Shown: positions 10,445 to 21,665, numbered from the stretch's first letter. The stretch is 64,000 nucleotides of DNA from Fimicolochytrium jonesii (GCF_025526975.1 NW_026515682.1:372001-436000); one strand, 5' to 3'. Program-made: numbers and translations. Notes: generated from the letters alone by a model not told the origin.

Positions 10445-10973
10445 AACTACTTTTGAACTATACTACTTGCTCTGCTTCGTGCGCTCTTCGAAAAATGGCT
10501 TGCAAACTATTCTACTTCTCCCTCCTGTTGTGGGTGCAGGTTAGGGTGTGTGCGTCACGCGCTTCAGAGTGGAAAGGACGACGGCTTCGCACGGCTGTAT
10601 GTACCCCCATTTTTCTACAAGTTGCCTTCATCGGCGACGCCTCAGGCAGAGGTACAATGATGTGGAGTACTGTACAGTATATGTATGTGACTGCGTTTGT
10701 CTCGCCGTGGCCAGAGGTGCGGTACCGGATGCTTGGAATGCTTGGTGTCGGGCACTTTCTTATTCATTGTCCTTGGTAGTCGCTGGTCGCGTCGCGGGGG
10801 GGTGGGGGGGGGGGGGGGGCCGGCTTGGAAGTCAAGTGACGCATACTGTACGTATAAATAGCTGCGCGTCGTCGGGCAGAACACCTTTTTCCTCCAGCAT
10901 CTCAGCATTTCAAGACCAAGATTCCGTGGCCCATTCCCAGATTCCGTTGCCCATTCCCAATTACACTAGAAGA

Positions 10974-11151
10974 AGTTATGACCACTGCCGGCACGGCCAG
11001 GCGTGATTGTTAACTATCTTCTGGTGCGTCTGGTGAATGGTGAATGGTGAATGGTTAATGGTGAAGCTACCTCGGCTCTCGCTCAGACTCTCGCTCCACA
11101 TCCGATGAACAGTTATGACCACTGCCGGCACGGCCAGGCGTGATTGTTAAC
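10974..11151. repeat. 41-bp direct repeat AGTTATGACCACTGCCGGCACGGCCAGGCGTGATTGTTAAC (10974-11014 and 11111-11151)
   Basis: Two identical copies flank a (GGTGAAT)n microsatellite. Confidence 0.95.
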
Positions 11152-11799
11152 CCTACTTCTGTGTTGGAGGTGCTGTGTTCTGCACTCCGGCCCGTCGGCC
11201 ACGGTCGCTTCTGCGTCCGCCACCGCTACGACCACTGATACGGTTACTTCGACTGAGCCCAGGTCCGCGGTGACTGAGCCTACCAAAAACAAGGTCATTC
11301 GGGTCAGATCGGTTGCCTCTGCTACCTCGGTCGAACTTCCTCCGGTTACCTCTGTGCCTGAACAGGCGGTCACCTCTATTTCTATTCCACTGCCTCTTTT
11401 TCCCACGTCGGTTCCGCCGCCTCCCCCGGTTTTCCCCTGCCCTATCCGCCGCTCTTCCCGAACCCGTACGTCGCCGGCATCCCCACGCTTGGCGCTTCCG
11501 TCGCGCCCTTCTCCCTGCAGCACCCAGGGAACCACCCGACCGCCCCGGCGTGCAGACCTACGGGCAAACTCACTGGATATCGGCGCCGAGGAGCCCCTGT
11601 ATCAAGCGATAGTTTCCTTTGGTATGCTTTCTGATAAATGTTACGGTCGCCTGCATTTTGTTTTTGCTAACGCACGCACGCAACTTGGAACCTCCCGTAC
11701 ATTCACCAGAATAACGTCCATCGCCTACATAACAACCCATGGAGACCGAAGGTAGGTTCTCGAGCAGGGAGGGAGCAGCGGGGAGATGAGGAAATGGGG

Positions 11800-12020
11800 T
11801 ACCCTGCCCAGATGGTTTCGCGCATATGGCGTATCCAGCCACTGTCAGCAGCCCCCGGGTTGGCGCATATGACGTATCCACTCAGGGGAGAAAGGAGAAG
11901 AGAGAGAGAGAGGGAGAGAGTGAGCGAGAGCGCGAGAGAGAGCGGACTATACCCTACCAGATGGTTTCGCGCATATGGCGTATGCACCTGGGGGATGAGG
12001 GAGAGGGAGAGAGAGAGCAG
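11800..12020. repeat. Duplicated TACCCT..CCAGATGGTTTCGCGCATATGGCGTAT block with GA microsatellites
   Basis: Copies at about 11800 and 11950, each followed by (GA)n-rich runs. Confidence 0.85.
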
Positions 12021-12148
12021 AGGCGCGCCCTTTTGGATTCCGCTGTCTGTCGTCGCACAAATGGTGGTAGAAGGCAAATCTCATTGGCGTCGTGGGCTAA
12101 CCCTGTCGGTGAATATCCTTGGGACATGTTCCACCCAATACTCCCGAG

Positions 12149-12302
12149 ACCCGAGTTAGGGTTGGGGTTAGGGTTAGGTTAGGGTTAGGGTTAGGGTTAG
12201 GGTTAGGGTTAGGGTTTACCCGAGTTAGGGTTGGGGTTAGGTTCGACAGAGTCGCGGTCAAATTGAGGCGCCATTAGGGTTAGGGTAACATTAGGGTTAG
12301 GG
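12149..12302 (+). repeat. Interstitial telomeric cluster: about 10 TTAGGG units (12156-12214) plus shorter tracts
   Basis: ACCCGAGTTAGGGTTGGGGTTAGG occurs twice (about 12149 and 12218); CATTAGGGTTAGGGTA occurs twice (12272-12304). Confidence 0.97.
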
Positions 12303-13449
12303 TACTCTTACGCTCAAGCTCGGCCTTACAGCCTTCACGCTCGGCCTTACAGCTTCACGCTCTCAGCGCCGTGGTTTGCCATTTGGTACGGCTGGGTAGG
12401 CACTACTACCCCAGCATTCATTTCCCACAAATACTCATCATCCAAAAAACGAATCATGGCTCGAGTCCTGCAACATAGGGCACTCAACTCTCCTTCTTCC
12501 CCTTATGCAGATACCGATAGACGTACAGTACATGTGCAGTATTCGTGTTCGAACCGGAGATGAGATATGGTGGGTGATCAGAGGAGGCTTTGCGACAAAG
12601 CGACAAACCGGAGATGGAACGGAAACAGGATGGTTGGACGGAAAGGGGAGGAGAGGAGTGATGGTGGAGGAGAGGAGAGGTAGCTGGCAGGTCGTGCCGG
12701 GACTCCAGGACTCCCGCACTTGCAGAACATTCCCACTTGCACATCCTCACGCACATCCTCACGCTGGTCTCTTGTTTTACAGCCTAAGCGACGAAACGAA
12801 TCTGAAGGGGAGGGGAAACGGACAAAGCGGGCGACAGCGGTACACGGATTCAGTCGTTTTAATACACTTCTGAAGCAAGATGCAGTCGGAATCATCTCAC
12901 GCTTCAATCTCAACGTCGAATCCGCGGAGGAATATGCCACAACAATTGCGCACCCGACACAAACCGTATCCGGTGGATAAACGCCCGACGAAAACATCTA
13001 TATGACCAGCTCGGAGCGGGAGAGAAGGGGCCGATCGAAGGGATTCCGTTGTCCCCAACTCCAACTCCAACACCAGCCCATGCCCTCGACGCATTACTGA
13101 GCGCCTGATCTATGTATTATAGACGACATTTTTGCTCCGGTTCTCCCAAATGACCCTCTCGCTATGCGGCCCGGGGCGCGGATCCACCAGTTTGTTGACA
13201 AGGCTGCATGGGCACAGAACCGGGAAGGAGATCACCAGCCCACGCCAACACCTGGCCCAACCCACACTACCACACCCAGCGCCATCTCAAACCCCGGCAT
13301 CGGCGGAGTTGACAACGGCGGCGGTGGAGTTGAAATCATGGCAGACAGCCGCGGCGGCGTTGAAATCATGGCAGACAGCGGCGGCGGTGGTGGAGTTCAA
13401 ATCGTGGCAGGCAGGGACGGCGGCGGTGGAGTTGAAATCGTGGCAGGCA

Positions 13450-14060
13450 GCGATTTCCAAAGTGTCAAAATGGCACGGAGATTCAATGTACCTATTCCGT
13501 TTGTTCCGGTAAGAAAAGTTACTTAAGTTACTAAAGTTACCGTACTTAACTAAACCAACTTTCCTTTTTTTTTTGTTTTATGTTCAGCGGTCTATCGATG
13601 TTGCAGAGTACAACGTACTGCTATTCCCAACAAACCCAGATAATCTGCACTGGGTCCTGTTTGCAATACTCGTCGCCCAAGTCCGCAAAACCCCTGGGCC
13701 CCCCTGGTTCGTCATTAACCAGACACGAAAACGTATCCCTCGTTTTATTTGACTCAAAGCCTCGCCCGAACGACCACGACTACGTTGATAAGATGGCCAA
13801 TATAGGCTCCCTCTTGTGGGATTGGTGCATTACGGCCACTGAAGTCCCGCTCAATCACACACCGACGCCGACACCGACGGTTGACGCCCTCTTCACGCCT
13901 CGACAGCGCGACGACCATAACTGTGGGACATTTGTGTGCATGATGGCTGATGCCATTGCACGTGGTGCCGTGGGTGAGGTTACCGAATCATGGGTCAATA
14001 CGCAGACCGCCGTCAATGCCCGCCATACCATCATCGCGCTGAGCATCGTGTTGGCCATGT
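13450..14060 (+). pseudogene. Frameshifted Ulp1/SENP-type (C48) cysteine protease remnant, probably transposon-borne
   Basis: After an intron (GTAAGA 13509..TTCAG 13587), frame 1 reads IDVAEYNVLLFPTNPDNLHWVLFAILV (His at 13648). Frame 2 continues VLFDSKP...TPRQRDDHNCGTFVCMMADAI (Cys at 13922). The H-D-C triad and oxyanion Q are split by a frameshift. Confidence 0.8.
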
Positions 14061-14259
14061 TTCTTCACGATGGTGATGCTCATCAGTATACGGATGTGAC
14101 GAAGTGCTAGAGATGGAAGATGCAGATGCCGGGATGGAAGGTGCAGAGATGTCGGCGTAGGAGGAGGTGCAGAAGGGGGTGCAGAAGGGTGTTGTGCCGA
14201 AAGATGCGAGCTCCTAGTTGTGATAGGGGTAGAGTATAGTATATTATACGTATAGTACG

Positions 14260-14552
14260 CGCCTTCAGCTGAGTCGTGCTTCAAGTGGTGCTTCAATGGT
14301 CACTCAATCATGGATAGACGACTTCTTGAACACGGCGCCCTCCAAGGACGGCTGCTTTCAGGGAGTACTCTTCCTTCTGGGCCTGTCGCAACTGCTCGGG
14401 TGCATATTCAAGTGGGAGAAATGCTCACTCACTCCATCCCAACACGTACAGCACATCGGCTGGAATTCATCGTGAGGGGCATTTCTATACGTTTTTCGAT
14501 GGACGGCCACTCTATATACGGTCAGACCATCGTCGGCTACTTCCGATCTCGT
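14260..14552 (+). mobile_element. DIRS/Ngaro-like (tyrosine-recombinase retrotransposon) reverse transcriptase and RNase H remnant
   Basis: 14296-14475 translates MVTQSWIDDFLNTAPSKDGCFQGVLFLLGLSQLLGCIFKWEKCSLTPSQHVQHIGW (xxDD motif plus K..L.PSQ...IG typical of DIRS RT). It is followed by HFYTFFDGRPLYIRSD / QTIVGYFR in adjacent frames (RNase H SDN.T.V.Y-like). The ORF is too short to appear in the ORF track. Confidence 0.72.
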
Positions 14553-14784
14553 GCACAATACAGATGACGATATGATGACCTGAGGGACGATTCTGACATG
14601 GGATGTCTTGTTGACGGAGTTGGATACATTCATCCCACGCGGGGCGAGGACGCTGTATAGTAGGAATGGTGTGGGTTTGATGGGGGCGTGGGTAGATATT
14701 GTATAGCAAGGCCGGGGGGATAGGCGGAAACATCAATTGAACCATGAGATGGAAAAAGGAGAACGTCGGTGAACGACCAGCTGG

Positions 14785-15015
14785 GAAACTCCCCTCGTAA
14801 AGCCCTGAGTAAAGCCCAGTTCGCAGCGCAAGAACGCGACCTCTTCGCTCTGGACCTCCTTCTCGCCAACCGCCATTGCGACATCGACCTGCTCACATTT
14901 CCACACCACACACTTACAACACCTCCGGCAGCTACAGCAGCCTTCCCTAGTGGCTGGACTTCGGCTCCCCACTCTTCTTTTCGCTTTTGAGTTACTGTGG
15001 ACCTGGGAATCACCA
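14785..15015 (+). mobile_element. Heavily eroded Ty3/gypsy-like RNase H remnant
   Basis: RKALSKAQFAAQERDLFAL...LLANRHCDI, then WLDF and PGN in shifted frames, echo the LS.AQ.NY...ERELLA / RW..FL / PG..N motifs. Confidence 0.45.
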
Positions 15016-16139
15016 TGCAAAGGTGTACAATGGTCATGGCGGTCCCGTGCGCATTCCAACACTCCATCTTCGGCATGAGCTCACTCGTTGGGGAGGCAGA
15101 TGGTGCCCCACTGCGAGTCGCCCTCGGTGCTCCTACACGCCTTGCAAGGCACGACGTTTCTGGATGCTGCAGAGGTTCCCCTTGCTTGTCTCGGAACCCC
15201 ACCTACCAGTTCGTCGCTACCTGCACGTCGTCCGAAGCCGTCGGCTTTAGCTGCGCGTCGTCGGCAATGCGCAGAAGTGTTCTCCCACTGTCCCATTCGG
15301 CTCACTGCAACAAGGATCTACGGGTAAGCTTTATCACTTGAACTGGGTAACAGGGTGCCATCGCCTCATTGTTTCCTACCTCATTGTTCCTACTACGTAG
15401 CCACAAACAAGCGGAAACGAGACAACAAAGAGAACACGGCAGTCGATGGAGGTTGGTGTGTCCATTCCATTGAATTATCCGGCTGTAGGGCCGTAGGCTG
15501 GTGTGGTGTGGTGTGGTAAATATCGTACAGTGGGTCAATGGCTCACCCAACGCATCAACCAGAGACAACACCATTCCGCCGGAGTACGCTGGAGAAACGA
15601 TGGCTCAACAACCTCCAACTGAAAGCACTCTGCAAAACCGAGCAAAACCGCACCTGTCACGCCTCCGTCGCTCTGCATTCAGCGTTCCGCTCTCGACTTC
15701 ACGATCGCTTGAGGCTGATTGTTTTGGGCCGTCCTCGCGATCGTTTGCCATCCACCACAACCGCGATCGCTTGAGGCTGTTTGTTTGGGCCGTCCTCGCG
15801 ATCGTGTGCATCTCATTGAATTTATGCGGCGATCTTTTCCGGCACATCCTTTATCTAATCCGCTCCCTCGGCCGATCCCTCTGCATCGTCGAAACCTGCA
15901 CGTCGTCAGAAGAATTATGACCACGCGTGATTGTCATCTCTTCTGGTAAAGGGAGAATGGAACTCGACTCTTGCTCAGAAACATACTCCGCACCGAGCAA
16001 AACCGCACCTGTCACGCTAAGAGCTGGAACCATGGACCCGCATCATCCGAACCATGCTTCCCATTGGCCACGCTTCCCATTGGCCACCGCTGCCCCAGTC
16101 TCGAGCGTCGTTGCCCACGCTTCCCATTGGCCCAGCGCA

Positions 16140-16600
16140 TGTAACCCTAACTGTAAGTCATTTTGCGTGGAAGGCTGTTATATCGCGTGGAAGGCTATTG
16201 ACTCGCACATTTACAGGGTAACCCTAACCCTCAGTTACGGTACGGGTATTAGGGGAAGGCTGTAACCCTAACTGGAAGTTATTTCGCGCGGGAGGCTGTT
16301 ATATCGCGTGGAAGGCTATTGACTCGCATATTTACAGGGTAACCCTAACCCTCAGTTACGGTACGGGTATTAGGGGAAGGCTGTAACCCTAACTGGAAGT
16401 TATTTCGCGCGGGAGGCTGTTATATCGCGTGGAAGGCTATTGACTAGCACATTTACAGGGTAACCCTAACCCTCAGTTATGGTACGGGTATTAGGGGAAG
16501 GCTGTACCCCTAACCGCTGTGTTGTACACAACAAACCCTAACCCTCAGTTACGGTACGGGTATTCCGCGAAGGCTGTAACCCTAACTCGAAGTTATTTTG
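16140..16600. repeat. Tandem array of 121-bp units (3 full plus partial copies) containing telomere-like TAACCCTAAC and AGGGTAACCCTAACCCT
   Basis: TGTAACCCTAACT at 16140, 16261 and 16382, variant at 16503, partial copy at 16575. Confidence 0.97.
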
Positions 16601-17054
16601 CGCGGAAGGCTGCGCACGGAAGGCTATTTATTATAGTCGATGCAGGGCCGTTATTCGAGCGCGCCCAACCCAACCCAACCCTGCACTGATCTTGGCTGTG
16701 CTGGAGCGAGAAACTGACCTGCCGAGGCGGCAACGCCGTTGAGCTCCAGTAGGATGTATACGATAAAATCTCCGAGAGTTTGAAAGAGCGCCGGTTCAAG
16801 TTCCGGATGTCAGGCTCATATTGGGATGCAAGGAAGGCCACCGTTCTTGTCGGCAAGGCCATGCAGATCTGCGGCATGCTCACCGATGTCGACGAAGGCT
16901 ACGGGTGAAAGCTACTGTATGAAGCTCAAAAAAATCCATCTATCTACAAGAAAACGCACACTGAGGGGTATCAAAATCTCTTCCCATCCACCACCTACAT
17001 AGAACCCAAAATATCAAAAGCAGCCCTCCAACCGCCCCCAACCCCCCTCCCCAT

Positions 17055-20000
17055 CTACCCAAACAGCGTCTTCAACTCCTCAATCCTCCCCCTCTTCTCC
17101 TCCTCCTTCCTCTTCGCCGCCGCCCCCACCGTCCCACCACTCCCTGCACTCGCACCACCAACTTCACCCTCCCCAATAGCCCACTTAGTCAGCACCGTCT
17201 TGCGCTCTTGGATCGTAAGCATCTTCTCCTCGACGGTGTCACGCATGACGAACCGTTTGACAGTGACGGGGCGGGTTTGGCCGATGCGGTGGACGCGGTC
17301 GATAGTTTGGGATTCTACGGGGGCCTATGGTGCGTTGCAAAGCGATTGCGAAACGGGAAACCTGTGTGTTAGATAGCAGCTAACGGAGAGAGATACTTGC
17401 TGTCCAATGGAGGAGATGCGAGGGGGGTTGAAACAATACTTACATTCCACCACGGCTCCATGATAACCACAAAACTCGCCCTCACAAGGTTCAACCCCAC
17501 CCCCGCGCTCCTCATGCTCGCCAACAACACCCTACATTCCCCCGCATCCCCTTCATCACTCGCAAACCTCCGCAACGTCGCCTCCCGTTCCCTCTGACTC
17601 ATCGTCCCATCCAGTCTACAAAACCCAAACCCATGTTCCTGTAACACAATCTCGCAGAGGTTGAGCATGGATGTGAACTGTGAGAAGACGACTGTTTTTA
17701 CGTCGGGTTGCGTGGTGCGGAGGTGGGTGAGGTGGTGGATTAGGGTGAGAAGTTTTGTGGAGGCGTGGAAGTGGCGGCGGAGGGTTATTGTGTGGGTTGG
17801 TAGAGGTGGTGGTGGGGATGTGATGATGGTGTCCGAGTCGGTTTTGCCGTTTTCCTTGTTATCATCTACCAAAGTCGTCGACGATTGCTTCCCATCCGTT
17901 TGAGTGTCCCCCGCGCTGACAGCAGTTGCAGCGGGCGCACTCGGCGCCCTAACAATATCCAACAAGTCCTCTTCCCTGAACTCCTTCCTGCAAATCGGAC
18001 ACTCGCCCTTCTCGCCCATCTGCTCGCGTTTCTGGAGGTATCCGACGATGCACTCGAAGCAGCTCATGTGCAGGCAGGGGAAGAGGGTTGGCTGGACCAT
18101 CAGGTCGAAGCAGATCGGGCACGAGGAGTCGTCGTCTTCTTGGGAGGGGCTGGTGCCGTTAAGGGGGGATTTGCCGGCTTGTGCAAGGCGTTGGAAGACG
18201 GTGTCGACGTAGGTATCGCGGTCGGATGTACCGGTGGTGCTGCTGTTCCCATCCAACCCATTTTGGAACCGTTTGATCAACGCATCGATGTCCATATCCG
18301 ACCCATCTGCACTACTCGTCGACGCCGACGCAGCAGCGTTCCCTTTCCCCAACGCCAACTCCGGATGCAAGCAACACTGCCTCAGCCTCGTCAGCATCTG
18401 AAACACATGCGCCCAATGGCTGAGAACGCTGCCTGCCGCGCAGAACGCCGAGAACTGCGTTTTAGATTTCGTAAACAGTGCCGTGTAGATATCGCGCTCC
18501 TCTTTTGTGAAATCGAGGTATTCGGTCTCTACCGTTTTGGGCGGGAGTTCCACGATCGGTCGGCCTTCGGGTCCCACTCGCGTTGTTTTCTGGCGACGGA
18601 GGACGAGCGGTTCCAAAACCGATTGGACTACGTTCAAAGCTTTTGGGTCCTTATTGGCAAAGGGTACGGTGATGAACTGTCGCCAGAAGGAGTAGTTCCC
18701 CCACGGCTCGATGCGGAGAAAATGCACCAGGGAGAATAAGTCCTCGAGCCGGTTCTGGATGGGCGTGCCGGTAACGCACCACCGACGTCGCGCGTCGATC
18801 TTGTGGCAGGATTTGGCGGTGGCGGTTTGCTGGTTTTTGATCCAGTGCGCTTCGTCCAGCACGACTCGGAACCATTGCACGCCGAATATCAGCGAGGCGC
18901 GCTTGTTGGTTTTCACTGTTGCTTGCCATTCGCTCGCGACGACTCCGTAGGTTGTGATGACGACATCGGGTGCGTCTTTAGATGTCAGATCCGAGATTTT
19001 CAATGACCGTTCTGTACCGTAGAAAACGGCGTGAGATAATGTCCCCGGCCTGAAGCGTTCCGTGACCTCATCGCGCCACTGGGACAGAAGGGACAGCGGG
19101 CACACGACCAGCGTTGCCCGGCTTGACGGAAGTACAGAGTCCGTCGAGTTCCCCTTGGCAGCATACCGCGCAAACGGTTGGAACTGGTTCGTCCAACTCG
19201 ACTGCCCCATCTCTTCCTGCGTCGGTCGATTTGTGTGTATGAGAGCAAGGGTCTCGAGCGTTTTGCCGAGTCCCATCTCGTCGGCAAGGATTCCTGCCCG
19301 AGTGCGGTCGGCGGCGCTTGGGAAGCGTGTTTGCATCTCGCCGGTGTATGGGTTTAAGTAGATCTTCTGTGGATGAGCCTCGCACTGGTTTCCCGGACTT
19401 GGAAGGGCGTACTCTTCCCACAGGGGATGTATTGAATGCGAGTCCGAATCTACTTGAAGGTTTTCTTTCGCCGCCATCCAGGATAGGGCCTGTACCATTG
19501 ATTGAGAGAGCAATAATGTCAGTCTTGCACCAGGGATGTCATCACGTTCAGACAAACATCAAACATACCTGCTTTTGATACCCCCTCAAGTCAATAACCA
19601 ACCCCTCCTTCGGCTCCATCTCCTGCACATCCTCAAAACCTCTCGCCTTCTCATACAAAACCTCCACCTGATCCTCCTCCAGCTCCTTCTCATCCTCCAC
19701 CGCGTCCTCACCCGGCACCGCGCCACCACTCGACGCAGCATCCACCGCAGCATCCTCCTTCAACCCAGCCTCAGCGGGGTCAAACGGCCGCAACCCAAGC
19801 ATCTTGAATAACGTCAACAGCGCAATCTTGCGATCCTTGATCGTCTGGTCCTGGGTATCCTCATCGTCGGCCGACGCCACGGTCATAAACGCCTTCTTAG
19901 TGAAGAAGATGCGGAGCTGCAGGATAATATCGCACAGCAGTGTGAGTGAGGGTGGGGCTGAGACGACCGTGCCGCGGATGACGATGACGTCCATCTCGAC

Positions 20001-20513
20001 CAGCTTGCCGAGCACCTTCGCGTCGTCTTTGGACATCTTGGCGACCTCTTTGCCGCCGGCCCGGATGCGCGTGATGGGCCCTCTGGGTGTTTTGGACGCG
20101 CGTGGGTATCTTTTGGACGTCGGTTGGGCCGAGTAGACGGTCTTATGGTCGATCGTCTCGATTTCGTCTCCGTCTCGTAGCTGGTTGGGCCCCCGGATGG
20201 TCGCAAGGGCTACCAGTATCACGTCGCCTGCATACTTCAACTCCCCGTCCGGATGCGGCGACCCGGCCCCACCGGCTGCTTTCACCCGCTTCACATCCCT
20301 CGTCCCCATCGCCGCATCCTCCTCCGCCTTCCGCTTCACCCCGGCGTCGGCCGCCTGTATCGCAAGTCGTTGGTATTTGCCTGGGTTCTCGAAATATAAA
20401 TGACATGCTCGTGATAGGTCGCCTTTGGACTCGGCGAGCAGGACGCCGAGTGACATGGAGGGGACTTCGTCGCCGAGGATGCCGCGGAGGGAGGCGAAAT
20501 CTGGTTGTGTCAT
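17055..20513 (-). CDS. RAD5: DNA repair protein Rad5 (HIRAN-like region, SNF2 helicase, RING finger)
   Basis: [76 protein letters not shown]; last exon [30 protein letters not shown]; introns near 19500-19568 and 17325-17440. Confidence 0.95.
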
Positions 20514-21559
20514 TGTTTGCGGTTGGTTGCTAAGTTGCAGTATCGTTTCAAGCAATGGCCGTGGGAACTTGGTGGACTGGAGGCGACGAGGGTGGAGTGG
20601 AGAAGTCTCAAAGCTCCAGCCAGACCTGTGGGTATTCCCCGGGAGCGCAGCTTTCCTATCTAGTACTATCTAGGAGGTGCTATTCCAGCACTTTGCCCTG
20701 CGATAACCTCTACCATTTGCAAATGGGGATAGTTTGAGGTCTACGCTAAGCACAGCATGAATTTGCAACAAGTCCGAAAGCGCCTCGTTTGACAAATTGC
20801 GTCCGGAAAGGGAAGCCAGACAGAGGCGACTGCCAAACGCGTCACTCCAATCCTACGAGTTGGGAAGGAAGCGACAACCACATAGCCCGGCAACATGAGA
20901 GTAAGCTTCTGACGGTCGAGCTTCTGCGCACGTTGAGCGTGAGGAGCGGGGAACGAGGCAGGCAAGGCATTGGGCTTTCGTCCACAGAGCACATGCCCTC
21001 AAGTTGTTAAGCAAGAAGACAATTTTCCAAAGTAGTTGTAATAGACACAGATATTATGTAGATATCTACATATTAGACAAAGCATTTGATACGTACAATA
21101 CATGCAATTGATACCGCACTAAGATTGCCACGCCGATATTGAACGGCATCCTACTCCGCCATCCTACTCTGCCTTCGTGCCTTCATCGCATCCTCCAGCT
21201 TCATCGCATCAATAAACTTCCTCTCCTTATCCTCAGATTTCATCTCCTCGAATTTACCGCCCATTACCGGGGATCTTTACTGGGGAATACACTACATATG
21301 CCGGAAACTACACATCGGCTTGACATTGGTTGGACGGGATGGGGCGAGGGGAGGGGGTTGTGCATGCCATAGCACAGTGTGTGGAGGCTGAGGGTGACAC
21401 CCGACAAGCCGGCGGCGGCGCAATCAGATCCTCCCCACTGTCGTTGTAGGCGGCGGCGGTCCAGTCGGCGGTGGAACCTAAAGCAGCAAAAGAGAGCACA
21501 ATCAACAAATGATGTATTTTAGAACTACAATAAAACCCGAAGAATGCTCGCCCGGGTTT

Positions 21560-21665
21560 CCTCGAGTTCCAGTCTCATATCCTCTAAACTTGTATGCTTT
21601 GTATGAAAGATCTGCTTTCCACCGGTCCAGTTGTCTGCAGCGTGTGTGAATCCGCACAGAAAGGT
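21560..21665 (-). mobile_element. Ty1/copia integrase C-terminal (SH3-like) remnant
   Basis: YLSVRIH...WKADLSYKAYKFRGYETGTRG resembles the copia Y.HIP...K.LD.KA.K..FIGY..G.KG pattern. Confidence 0.5.

Noticed and set aside
10796..10819. Poly-G/C runs (also near 35797-35810 and 41495-41518) as functional elements
   Set aside because: Simple homopolymers with no further support; their lengths are also error-prone.
11144..11755. 203-aa S/T/P-rich ORF as a gene or retroelement linker
   Set aside because: No ATG near the start, low complexity, and only a weak RRSSRTR hint; not enough to assign.
12149..12302. True chromosome end or telomerase RNA gene
   Set aside because: The tract is short and internal with sequence on both sides. 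A telomerase RNA template would be about 1.5 repeats in a unique context, which I could not identify.
14365..14440. C2H2 zinc finger (WACRNCSGAYSSGRNAHSLH)
   Set aside because: It is an alternative-frame reading of the DIRS-like RT block, which fits a known motif much better, and the His spacing is off.
5360..16600. Single intact autonomous transposon or endogenous virus
   Set aside because: No intact transposase, recombinase, polymerase or capsid ORF, and no matching terminal repeats or TSD found at the two outer edges.
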